Numbered from the stretch's first letter, positions 1 to 8,968 are shown. The stretch is 19,653 bases of DNA from Candidatus Sigynarchaeum calidifontis (GCA_030587475.2 JAUQYZ020000069.1:1-19653); one strand, 5' to 3'. Program-made: numbers and translations. The notes: generated by a model from the sequence alone, not told the origin.

Positions 1-105
1 GCGGGAATCCACGAAACGTGGAACTGACGACACTCGGTATATATTATGCTATGGAGCTTGTAATTATGTACTCTGCCGTAGTATATCCCTAGCATTGATG
101 TCCCC

Positions 106-1821
106 ATGGCCAAGATCAACATTTTCATATTCGGCCTGAACAAGGTCGGGAAGACCACGCTCGTTGAATATTTACGAGAGAAAAAATTCATCCCGCAGTC
201 CCCCACTATCGGTGTTTCCATTTCGCAGATAATCTTCGCGAACCTTACCATGGAGTTTACCGATGTGGGCGGGCAAAAACAGTTCCGGCAAATGTGGGAG
301 GAACATCTCAAGCAACCACACGTGCTCGTCTACGTGATAGACGCGTCCGACAGGGACGAGGAGCGCGTGCAAGACGGCAGGTACGAGCTCCACAAGCTGC
401 TGAAGAACCCGAAAGCGACCGGCATCCCCCTCCTCGTCTTGCTCAACAAGGTCGATGTCGCGACGCGCATGCAGAAACCCGTCGTGGAGAAAAAGTTCGC
501 GCTCGACTCGATCAAGGATCGCGAGATGGCTGTCTACGAGGTTTCCGCCAAGACCGGGCAAAACCTCGATGCCGTGCTCAACGCCATGACCACGATGGTG
601 CTGAAGGACGAGGGCATCGAATACTTCGTGAACGAGCAAGTCAAGCAGGAGTCCAGGCAGCTCCTCGATAGGTACAAAAAATTCTCCGACGCTGGCAACG
701 AGGCATACCGGCACGGCCAGCTCGAGCAAGCCCTTGCCAGCTTGAACATCGCGAAGGAGATAGCCGCGAATCTCTTCCAGCTTGGCATCCTCTCAAGGGG
801 CAAGGACTTGCAAAAGCTCTCGAACTTGATCGCCAAGATCGAGAAGCAAGTAGAACATGCCCAACAAGCAAGCGCCGTCCGTTCAACGCCGATGACAATG
901 GAAGAGCAGCTGCTCGATGTGGGCGAGGAGGAACCGAGTAACGCTAATCTAACGCCGATCCCCGCGATGACACGGCCGTCCACCCAGCCATCCACGCAAC
1001 AATCGCTGGAAGAACAGCTCAAGGCCCCGAGCGTCCTGGTACCCACCACGCGGGCTTCGGCGAAAAAAGCAAAGGTGAAGCGGCTCAAGGTCTTTATATT
1101 CGGAACGGATCTCGCCGGTGCGATAGGATTGAAAAGCTACCTTGCTAGCGAGAAATATTTGACCAACACGAGTCCCATGACCATTAACATGCCCGCGATC
1201 ACGCTGGGAAACGTCGAATTCGCCTTCAACGATGTCGTGGAGATCGACGAGCACGTGCAGAACGTCATGGCGGGCTGGAACGAGCCGGACTTGATCGTGT
1301 TTATCGTCGACGCTGCCAAGCCGGATACATTCGCCTTCGGGAAACGCGCGCTGTCAACCGTCCTCGCCAAACCAGAAGCCAAGGACAAGCCGGTCATCGT
1401 GCTCGTGAATAATTTTGATGGCGTGGAAGCACAGCCCCTTGCATTCGTGGACAAGGTATCGGAGATCAAGCGAACACACGGAAAAGATGTCGGTATTTAC
1501 CAGGTGTCTGTCAAGTATGATTACAACATGAACGAGCCCCTCAACTTCATCGTCTCGATCCTCATGAATGACAAGACCATCGAAAAGGTCGTGTCCGGGG
1601 AGCTCACCCGCCGCATCGAAAACTTGAAGCAGATGTACGAGGCATTCACGAAGGAGGCAAGATCCCTGGAAAAAGCGAAGCAATATCAAGAGGCCTTCAA
1701 CCGTGTCGCGAAGGCCAAGCTCATTCAGGAGGAACTCTTCAAGTACAATCCAAAAGTAGGCAAGGACATCAAAATGTGCGAGGAGTGGATGTCGAAATTG
1801 CGGGTCAAATCCATTAAATGA
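106..1821 (+). CDS. Tandem Arf/Sar-like small GTPase protein: intact GTPase + helical bundle, linker, degenerate GTPase + helical bundle
   Basis: Domain 1 has G1 GLNKVGKTT, G2 PTIG, G3 DVGGQ, G4 NKVD and G5 SAK. Domain 2 repeats the pattern (KVFIFG, LIVFIVDAA, PVIVLVN, IYQVSVK) but with GTDLAGAIG, DVVEI and NNFD at the G boxes. Confidence 0.85.
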   Translation: MAKINIFIFGLNKVGKTTLVEYLREKKFIPQSPTIGVSISQIIFANLTMEFTDVGGQKQFRQMWEEHLKQPHVLVYVIDASDRDEERVQDGRYELHKLLKNPKATGIPLLVLLNKVDVATRMQKPVVEKKFALDSIKDREMAVYEVSAKTGQNLDAVLNAMTTMVLKDEGIEYFVNEQVKQESRQLLDRYKKFSDAGNEAYRHGQLEQALASLNIAKEIAANLFQLGILSRGKDLQKLSNLIAKIEKQVEHAQQASAVRSTPMTMEEQLLDVGEEEPSNANLTPIPAMTRPSTQPSTQQSLEEQLKAPSVLVPTTRASAKKAKVKRLKVFIFGTDLAGAIGLKSYLASEKYLTNTSPMTINMPAITLGNVEFAFNDVVEIDEHVQNVMAGWNEPDLIVFIVDAAKPDTFAFGKRALSTVLAKPEAKDKPVIVLVNNFDGVEAQPLAFVDKVSEIKRTHGKDVGIYQVSVKYDYNMNEPLNFIVSILMNDKTIEKVVSGELTRRIENLKQMYEAFTKEARSLEKAKQYQEAFNRVAKAKLIQEELFKYNPKVGKDIKMCEEWMSKLRVKSIK

Positions 1822-1854
1822 ACCGGCTCTCGCCCCCGCCCCGTGAAATCCCCA

Positions 1855-2823
1855 TCAAATTTTCGTTCCCACGGCTAATAAAAGGTACACACCCGCAGCC
1901 ACGAGATCGGCCGTGGTGCCGGGGTTCAACTTGCCCCTCTCGGCTGCGAGCGCCTCGTCAAACGCTTTTAATTTGATCCGGCCGGTATCAGATAGCATCC
2001 CGCCGGCCTCGACGACGGCACGGGCCTGATCAGACACGCGGGCAGCGACCGCGTCACCATTTTTCCGCCGCATAAGTGAATCAGGCTGGCGAGCGAGCAT
2101 CTCGATGAACGCTTGGACAATCGCGTCGTTGATGCACGCGCCGTCCTGCATGAGCCTCAGCAGTCGTGGAAAGGTCCATGTAAAGGTGATCTCGAACGAG
2201 CTAGTCCACTCGCGGCTGATGGAATCGGATTCTTTATTGATGGAAAACGCGTCCTGGAACGATGCATTGCTTGCATGGATTTCCTCCTTGAATCGAGGGG
2301 ACATCACGTCTAGCTTTTCTACCTTTCCCAGCCCTCCAGGATTGCAAGCGCGGATACCTTCATAGAGCGCGATCACGTCGTTAGTATCACCAGATCTGGT
2401 TACTTGACCGACGAGCGACCGGAGTTGCGCGAGAGCACGGCCATGAATCCCGAGAATAGCCCCAGTCGCCGCGGCGAGGGGGACGAGCAAGAGCACGTGG
2501 CCAAGCAACAAGTTGCCGGCAGATTGCGACGCGATCATCGCCTCGCATGCCCCTTTGATGATTGGGCCGAGGTGCAACGACTTCTCGATATTATCACCAT
2601 CCACGACGCAACGAAAACCTGCATTGGCAGCTTTAGCATAATACGGGGAGATTGCCACGATAGCAGAAAGGAATTGTTCGTATGATTTTCCATGCAGCGC
2701 AGGATCGGAAAATCGATGCACGTTTCCTGGTTTTGGCGACGCGCTGACCTCGAGGAGGGAGGAGAGCGTGCATAATCGCCCTACCTCGGCGGGAGTGCTC
2801 ACCCGAATGTCCGAACCAGCCAT
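1855..2823 (-). CDS. citG: Triphosphoribosyl-dephospho-CoA synthase (CitG family, archaeal type)
   Basis: Motifs LLEVSASPKPGNVHR, NLLLGHVLLLVPL, PDSLMRRKNG and LNPGTTADL. ATG 2823 is the preferred start; the ORF extends to 2904. Confidence 0.85.
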   Translation of the reverse strand: MAGSDIRVSTPAEVGRLCTLSSLLEVSASPKPGNVHRFSDPALHGKSYEQFLSAIVAISPYYAKAANAGFRCVVDGDNIEKSLHLGPIIKGACEAMIASQSAGNLLLGHVLLLVPLAAATGAILGIHGRALAQLRSLVGQVTRSGDTNDVIALYEGIRACNPGGLGKVEKLDVMSPRFKEEIHASNASFQDAFSINKESDSISREWTSSFEITFTWTFPRLLRLMQDGACINDAIVQAFIEMLARQPDSLMRRKNGDAVAARVSDQARAVVEAGGMLSDTGRIKLKAFDEALAAERGKLNPGTTADLVAAGVYLLLAVGTKI

Positions 2824-2941
2824 GTCCACGTGACTTAGGAAGGGAGTCCCATCTAAAGTTTTACGCGTGCTCCGAGCAAAATCCCCGGGGGATACATCGA
2901 GCATATCGCGGTTGAAAAGACCAAAAAGTCGGGATCAGCTT

Positions 2942-3196
2942 ATGGAACACGATCATGAACAAGGCAAGATGCGCATCTTAACCACCTGTCCATCATGCCA
3001 AAAAAAAATATTTCTGAACCAAATTTTGCGATTGGAAGCCGAAAAATTGAGGGAACAGACGGCCGGATCCATGATCACCTTGACACTGCTCCATGGCACG
3101 AAACCGAACCGTCACGCCCTCACGCTGTTCATCGACAACAACATGAAGGTTCGCGGTACCCAGGTGTCGAGCGCCGTCATCGTGTCGAGAAAATGA
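2942..3196 (+). CDS. Small CxxC (putative Zn-binding) protein of a type I recognise from Lokiarchaeia genomes
   Basis: TCPSCQK...LLHG...HALTLFIDNNMKVRG. ATG 2942 is preferred because the longer ORF overlaps the extended citG ORF. It resembles the N-terminal domain of 16822..17361. Confidence 0.7.
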   Translation: MEHDHEQGKMRILTTCPSCQKKIFLNQILRLEAEKLREQTAGSMITLTLLHGTKPNRHALTLFIDNNMKVRGTQVSSAVIVSRK

Positions 3197-3257
3197 TGGC
3201 TGCTTGCAAATCATGAAACTTTTAATTTTATTAATTTTCCTAATATATCGATAGCAC

Positions 3258-4214
3258 ATGGAATTGTCCAAGATCCGCATGCTCGACTTGCAAGCATTCG
3301 TCACGCTGGTCAAGGAGAAGAATTTCTCGAAGGCCGGGGCGAGACTCGGCATGACGCAATCGTCGGTCACCCAGGTCGTTCAAAAGCTCGAAGAAGATCT
3401 TGGAACCAAGTTGATAAATCGATCGTCGAAATATTTCACGCTTACTAGTTCCGGTAAAATTTTGTTGAAAGCAGCAGAGGAAATCGTCAACCTATTTGCC
3501 TTGGTGAAACAAGAAATCCGCAAGCTCGACAAGGAGGAACACGACAAGCTCAAGATCGCAGTTTCCACGACACCGGGCGAGTTTATCCTTCCGCCATTCT
3601 TCAGCCAATTCACTGCTGCGATTCCAAGCATCCGCTTGATCATCGAGATGTGCGACAGCAAGAAGGCCCTATCGATGCTGTTCGCGAAGGAATGCCAAGT
3701 AGCCATTGTTGGCAGCATCATGGACCGGATAGATACAGAACACGAACAGAAGCCGCTGCTCCAAGAGAAGCTCGTAATGATCGTGTCGAACAACGTCGAC
3801 ATTGACCAGGACGGGAGGCTGTCGATCGATACCCTCGCGGCCATGACCCGGATCGACCGCGAGGCGGGTTCGGGAACGCAAAACGAGGCAAGGGCGTATC
3901 TGGATGCACTCAAGGCGGCGATCAAGAACCGGTTTCCTGATCACGAGGACCGGGTGCTCCAGCTACAATCCGTGCAAGCAGTAATGGCCGCGGTCGCGTC
4001 GAGTCCGAACCTGTACGCGATCGTCGGGGAATTCCCCGCGCGCCGGTATGCGGAGCTTGGCCAAGTACGAATCGTCAAGGTACAAGGCATCGACGTCGAC
4101 GCGAGCAGGACTATCTCGGCGGTCTACAACAAGCATGAAATATCGGAAAACATGCGCGTTTTTCTTGATAGCATCGAACGTTATTTTGAAATGCAAGCAA
4201 TGTGGGAAAAATAG
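3258..4214 (+). CDS. LysR-family transcriptional regulator (CysL-like substrate-binding domain)
   Basis: N-terminal HTH NFSKAGARLGMTQSSVTQVVQKLEEDLGTKLINR, then STTPGEFILP and REAGSGT. An AT-rich promoter-like stretch lies upstream (3215-3250). Confidence 0.9.
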   Translation: MELSKIRMLDLQAFVTLVKEKNFSKAGARLGMTQSSVTQVVQKLEEDLGTKLINRSSKYFTLTSSGKILLKAAEEIVNLFALVKQEIRKLDKEEHDKLKIAVSTTPGEFILPPFFSQFTAAIPSIRLIIEMCDSKKALSMLFAKECQVAIVGSIMDRIDTEHEQKPLLQEKLVMIVSNNVDIDQDGRLSIDTLAAMTRIDREAGSGTQNEARAYLDALKAAIKNRFPDHEDRVLQLQSVQAVMAAVASSPNLYAIVGEFPARRYAELGQVRIVKVQGIDVDASRTISAVYNKHEISENMRVFLDSIERYFEMQAMWEK

Positions 4215-4227
4215 GTGGATGCGGATG

Positions 4228-5313
4228 TTACAGGTAATCCTTCCACTCGCGCTCGAAGGCCTCATGCATCGGCATAAATCCTTGCTCCGACACGATCGAG
4301 TTGTAGAATTCCGGCTTCGTGGTATCGAACGCCGTGAAGGTAACGTCTAGCAAGCCGCTCTCTATGTACGGCCGGAGATCGATTCCTTGGCGGTTCGAGA
4401 GCAAGCTCTCGGTCACGTCGCGGCGCTCGGTTTTCACGAGGCCTCCTTGGAGCGTGCCGCGCGCGTACTTGTACGTTTCGCCGAGGAAATAGACGGGCAG
4501 CTCTTTCGTGTGCGCCAGCGTGGCGATCATCCGGGTTCCACTCTTGTTCAACACGATACCTTCGACGGAGACCGCATCGATCCCGAAGAGGAACATGTTC
4601 ACGCGGCGGAATTCGACGCCGTATTGCTCGAGCGCGATGAGCTTCACCTTGATCCCCGCCTTGCACAGTTCATTTGCCGTGATCATGCCTTGTTGCTCGG
4701 GCTCCGTCTTGGTCACCACGACTTGCTCCACGTGACTCTTTGCCTTGATGATTGCATTGATCACGGCACCGCTGTGGCAGTGCGTGCCGATGACGATTTT
4801 CGGCTGGTCGTATTCATCGCATCTATCGATGATCCTCGCGCCCATGTGGTTGCCGATCTTTTCACGGGCCTTGTCATAGTTTTCCAGGTGTTTCTTGCAC
4901 TCCGCCTTCAATGCAGCTTTCAACTCATCGACGCGCATTGCGGGCGGGTTGAGCTTGCTTAGCCGCTGCAAGATGAAAAAAGATGTGTTGAGCGGGACCT
5001 GGCTCGTCAATCGCACCTTCAAGAGAAAGTCCTTGATGACGACGACGTTGTCGTAAAACTTGATTGGATCGGTGATGGTGGAAAGGTCTGCATACCGGGT
5101 GAGTGCTTCGAGCATGCCCTTCGCGTTGCCGAGGGCTCCTTGATATATTCGGTTCGCGGGAAGCATGAAGTTTTTTATCCTGAGACCGATGTCCACGACA
5201 TAATCGGGGAATGGCTCGTCGATGCCGTGGAGCTGGTTATTTTTCTTCCAATTTGCCTTGAAGGCATCGATCTCGTTCCCGAGTTCGTTCCCGCCCATCG
5301 CCTTCACGTCCAC
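4228..5313 (-). CDS. eIF-2B alpha/beta/delta / ribose-1,5-bisphosphate isomerase family protein
   Basis: Motifs THCHSGAV, TKTEPEQQG, FGIDAVSVEGIVLNKSGT, ETYKY, AFDTT and IVSEQG. Start is GTG 5313 (overlapping the spt5 stop) or ATG 5298. Confidence 0.85.
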   Translation of the reverse strand: MDVKAMGGNELGNEIDAFKANWKKNNQLHGIDEPFPDYVVDIGLRIKNFMLPANRIYQGALGNAKGMLEALTRYADLSTITDPIKFYDNVVVIKDFLLKVRLTSQVPLNTSFFILQRLSKLNPPAMRVDELKAALKAECKKHLENYDKAREKIGNHMGARIIDRCDEYDQPKIVIGTHCHSGAVINAIIKAKSHVEQVVVTKTEPEQQGMITANELCKAGIKVKLIALEQYGVEFRRVNMFLFGIDAVSVEGIVLNKSGTRMIATLAHTKELPVYFLGETYKYARGTLQGGLVKTERRDVTESLLSNRQGIDLRPYIESGLLDVTFTAFDTTKPEFYNSIVSEQGFMPMHEAFEREWKDYL

Positions 5314-6179
5314 TCGTCATCCTCCTCGGCGCTGTCATCGTCGGTATCGGGCTTCTTGACCTCGTCACCATTACCCTTTTCCTCGCCGTTCGCCCCAGGT
5401 TCAAGGTTTTCGGGATTTTCCACGAATTCATCGGACTTGAAATCGTCGAGATCCTCGTCGAATTCATCCACGTTCAAGTCTATGAGCTCACCAACGACTT
5501 TCTGCTTCCGGCCGCTATACACGACGACCTCTGGTGCTTTCTCTTTCCCGCCTGTGCCTTCCTTGGCTTCCTCGCCTTCTTTCTCGAAGTCGTCGGCGAA
5601 ATCCTCGACCGCTGCTTTCGGTTTCTGTTCGGCACTTTGCCCGAAGGTATACTCTTTTATACCGCGCCCAACGACAGCGGGCTCCCCGGCGGCCGTGACG
5701 GCCGGGGCGATGCCTTTCTCGATGACCTTCAAGTAATCGGCATGCACCTTGATGGGAATGGGGTTATCGGAACTGACGAGGGAAAGCGTTACTTCATCTT
5801 TCGATTCGTCGATCTTGGATACGAGTGCCTTTTCACCCGCGAAAACCCCGGCGATGATTTCAACCTTGTCGCCGATTTCGAGCGTCTCGGTGAGCGGCTC
5901 TGGCTTGAGGAAATGGTCGAGTTCCCCGATCTTGATCTGGCCAACCTTTCCCTTGACGTGACGTATCTCGCTAAGTGCTAACATCACGTCGCGCTGGTGC
6001 GGGGCTTCCAAGAAAACGTAACCACGGAGCTGGTCGATGACGACGATGCTCTTGATCTCCGGGCGAGGATTCCGGTTCTTGAGCTTGCTCTCTATCATCT
6101 CGGCCACGCCCTTCTCGTGCGCGATCGATGTTTTTACCGCGAATATCTGCATACTGCGTTTGATGTCTTCTAGCCTCAT
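5304..6179 (-). CDS. spt5: Transcription elongation factor Spt5 (NusG family) with long acidic C-terminal extension
   Basis: NGN domain (IFAVKTSIAHEKGVA, LRGYVFLEA) and KOW domain (GDKVEIIAGVFAGEKALVSKIDESKDEVT), followed by an Asp/Glu-rich tail of about 135 aa. Confidence 0.9.
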   Translation of the reverse strand: MRLEDIKRSMQIFAVKTSIAHEKGVAEMIESKLKNRNPRPEIKSIVVIDQLRGYVFLEAPHQRDVMLALSEIRHVKGKVGQIKIGELDHFLKPEPLTETLEIGDKVEIIAGVFAGEKALVSKIDESKDEVTLSLVSSDNPIPIKVHADYLKVIEKGIAPAVTAAGEPAVVGRGIKEYTFGQSAEQKPKAAVEDFADDFEKEGEEAKEGTGGKEKAPEVVVYSGRKQKVVGELIDLNVDEFDEDLDDFKSDEFVENPENLEPGANGEEKGNGDEVKKPDTDDDSAEEDDEWT

Positions 6180-6309
6180 TGTGAGTAACCGTTGCGTTTA
6201 TCGTGACCTTTTTGCTATCCTAATTGCCATTCTTGCTTTTTGTTAATTCCGCGAACTCCCAAGCAAAAACGAGCCCTATTAAGTGTATGTAGGGGTGCGT
6301 GTTGATAAA

Positions 6310-6879
6310 CTATTGCTCTATAATCCAGGAGAGGCGCTCGATCTCGCCGACCTTGTCGCCCTTGGCGCCTCGGAAGATGATGATGTTCTTGATCGCGTTG
6401 TCATATGGCAGCGAGCTCTCGATGCTCACGACCCTAGCGTTGGGCGGAAGCGTGTAAATGCTTTCCACCCCGTAATCGAGCGTCTCGGGTTCCACGCGTG
6501 CTTCGTAAGTGAACGTCTGGCTATTTCCGACGCCGGCACTCCACGTGATGAGCCACGTGCAGGTGGGATAACGTGGCTCGCCCCGGAACGAGATGAAAGC
6601 CGTGACGATGCGTGGAAAAACGCGCGTGCCGTTGACGACGTTCGTTTCCTCATCGAGGAACACCTGCAAGTTCCGCTCGAGGGCCGAGATCTCCTCTTTC
6701 ACGAATTGCGGGTCGGACATCACGCGACGGTGGTATACATTCTCGCCGGAAACGTCTTCGTAATCATATTCGAGTACTTGAGAGAAGTCGATCGTTCCAT
6801 CGCCCCGGTGCGATATCTGGATGACACTCCGCGCGTGGATGGGGCGGAGCGGGTCGTCTTGCGCGTTCGTGGCACTCAC
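6310..6879 (-). CDS. Hypothetical protein (beta-rich, archaeal type)
   Basis: 189-aa ORF with protein-like composition and codon bias, same strand as spt5; no motif recognised. Confidence 0.7.
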   Translation of the reverse strand: MSATNAQDDPLRPIHARSVIQISHRGDGTIDFSQVLEYDYEDVSGENVYHRRVMSDPQFVKEEISALERNLQVFLDEETNVVNGTRVFPRIVTAFISFRGEPRYPTCTWLITWSAGVGNSQTFTYEARVEPETLDYGVESIYTLPPNARVVSIESSLPYDNAIKNIIIFRGAKGDKVGEIERLSWIIEQ

Positions 6880-7037
6880 GATTCTTTATTCGATGATGCA
6901 CGCACGTGGATCATTCCAATATTGTAATATTGATTAAATAACCCTGGATGTGCTAGTTCCGTGAGGTTGTTTAATCGCGCGATGTTATAAGATATGACCA
7001 ACGGGCGATTACCCAGCCCACGACGAGCGAGATCACG

Positions 7038-7418
7038 ATGTCAGCTATCCCAAAGTATATACTCCGGCGCATGATTCCCGAGGACGCGGTGAAAAACACG
7101 GATTATGGCTGGTCAATGTCCATCACGAACTTGATTAGCCCCTTGTCGATCACCGAGGCCCCGGAAAACGTGAACGACCTCTTCAAGATCACCGTCGATG
7201 AACGCGTGATCGACAACGAGAGTTTCTCGGTGGTCTATAACGGGAGGGAAGCCACGGTCAAGGATCCGAAGGCGGCCATCGGCGTGACCGTTCCTGTCGG
7301 CGGCGTGATCGAGCTCCGGTGCAAAGGCGCGACGCTGGCACCTGGCACGCACACGTTCAAGATCGAGATCCTCGCACGCAAGGACCTGGTCGTTGAATTC
7401 GAGCGCGTGGTCAAGTAA
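7038..7418 (+). CDS. Hypothetical beta-sandwich protein resembling the extra N-terminal domain of some HMG-CoA reductases
   Basis: IPKYILRRM...VKNT...ITNLISP...LAPGTHTFKIEI pattern; the family similarity is from memory only. Confidence 0.6.
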   Translation: MSAIPKYILRRMIPEDAVKNTDYGWSMSITNLISPLSITEAPENVNDLFKITVDERVIDNESFSVVYNGREATVKDPKAAIGVTVPVGGVIELRCKGATLAPGTHTFKIEILARKDLVVEFERVVK

Positions 7419-7588
7419 AACGATTTTTCGGGCTTGTACACGCGTTCACCACCATGCCATGTCCTCGGTTTGGAGATGGTGAACCACGCCGCACGTGAAA
7501 TAACGTTATTAAGTTTCAGTACGGTTCTCTTATCAGCACTCAAGGCACGGACACGCTCGAGCGTCACGACCCCTCGGGACGAACGATC

Positions 7589-8968
7589 ATGGCCCAGGAC
7601 AACACATCCGGCATGTCCCCGCGAAAGATCGGCGAGCTTATCGAGGACCTGCGCGAGGAACTCGAAGAGATCCGCATGGAAATCAAATTACTCGATGGAC
7701 GCTTGAATCGGGACTTGAAGCGGGACGAGTACGAGAACGAGAAGGAGCGCCTCAACAATTACATGAAGGGTTTGATTGGCCGCATCACCGATCTCCAGAA
7801 ATCCATCTCCAAGAAGGACAGGGACCTCGCGCGGGAAATCCGCCAGCTGGAGAACTATTTCCAGATCGAAGAGAAGGAGGGAGACAATTTCGTCATTTAC
7901 CTGGCCGCGGGCACTGAGCACCTGTACGTGATCGAGTTTTCCCTCGCCAACTACCCGCAAGCGCCCGAGATCAAGTGGCCGCAAGAAATCTATGACGAGC
8001 TCGGCGACCCGAAACGCTTCATCAAGCAGCTTCGCGACTGGGATCCCGCGTATCCCCCGGCCATATTCGAGATATTCCAAGCGTTCGAGTCTTACGCGTT
8101 CAATTATTACAACGCTGTCCAAGGGCTCAAGGACGAGCTGCGCTTGATCGAGGGCGAGTTCGTCATGCAGCTGCTCAGGGACAACTACATACGGGTGACG
8201 TTGATCTCGTTCAACAAGCAAGAGTACAACGTGGAACTTGACCTGGAGCGGTACCCGGACGTCAAGTGGGTGTTCGCGCCGGAGACCGTGAAGGAAATCG
8301 GCAGTGCCGAGGATTTCATGGCGCGATACGCGGATGCGAAAAAACCACCGACGCTCCTCACGATCCTCCACGACATCGCCTGGGCGATCGATAAAAACAA
8401 CCGCCTCGCCTTCGATTACAAGGTGCTCGTCAACAACGTCACGGAGGCCATCACGGACCTCAAGATAGACCCGGACAAGCGGCTCATATCGGGCACGATA
8501 AACGGCGAGCTCAAGACCGCCGCCGTGAAGTTCGAGTTCGTGGCGGATTTCTCCAAGGGCTATCCCGAGAAGCCACCAGAGATCGCATTGACGCCCGTTG
8601 GCGACGTCGATGCGGACGTCCTCGCCAAGCTCGAGACGTTCATCGCTGAATCGGGCGCCACGTGGTCGAACACGTCGTTTTTCCTGGACTTGCTCAATCA
8701 AATACACATGGCCATCTTCAAATCGTCCATCATTACGTGCGTTTTGTGCCACCGGCTTTTTTGCATTTCATGTGATGAGCCTCTATTCCTCCCGAAAGGA
8801 GCCAAGGGAAAAACTTGTTTCGTGGAATGCGCCAATTGCCATCGCCCGTATCATAAGCATTGCTTTGAAAAGGTGGTCAGCTCAATCGGTAAATGCGCAG
8901 TTTGCATGCAATCGTTCGTTGGCCACGGTAAGGATGGCGTAACTTCGACCCTCACGCTCGATTTCTAG
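7589..8968 (+). CDS. Coiled-coil + three UBC/RWD-like domains + C-terminal C4HC3 RING; putative E3 ubiquitin ligase
   Basis: N-terminal heptad repeats; three YP-containing UBC/RWD-like motifs (FSLANYPQAPEI, LDLERYPDV, DFSKGYPEKPPEI); C-terminus CISC...CANC...YHKHC...GKCAVC, with an extra CVLCH before it. Confidence 0.7.
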   Translation: MAQDNTSGMSPRKIGELIEDLREELEEIRMEIKLLDGRLNRDLKRDEYENEKERLNNYMKGLIGRITDLQKSISKKDRDLAREIRQLENYFQIEEKEGDNFVIYLAAGTEHLYVIEFSLANYPQAPEIKWPQEIYDELGDPKRFIKQLRDWDPAYPPAIFEIFQAFESYAFNYYNAVQGLKDELRLIEGEFVMQLLRDNYIRVTLISFNKQEYNVELDLERYPDVKWVFAPETVKEIGSAEDFMARYADAKKPPTLLTILHDIAWAIDKNNRLAFDYKVLVNNVTEAITDLKIDPDKRLISGTINGELKTAAVKFEFVADFSKGYPEKPPEIALTPVGDVDADVLAKLETFIAESGATWSNTSFFLDLLNQIHMAIFKSSIITCVLCHRLFCISCDEPLFLPKGAKGKTCFVECANCHRPYHKHCFEKVVSSIGKCAVCMQSFVGHGKDGVTSTLTLDF

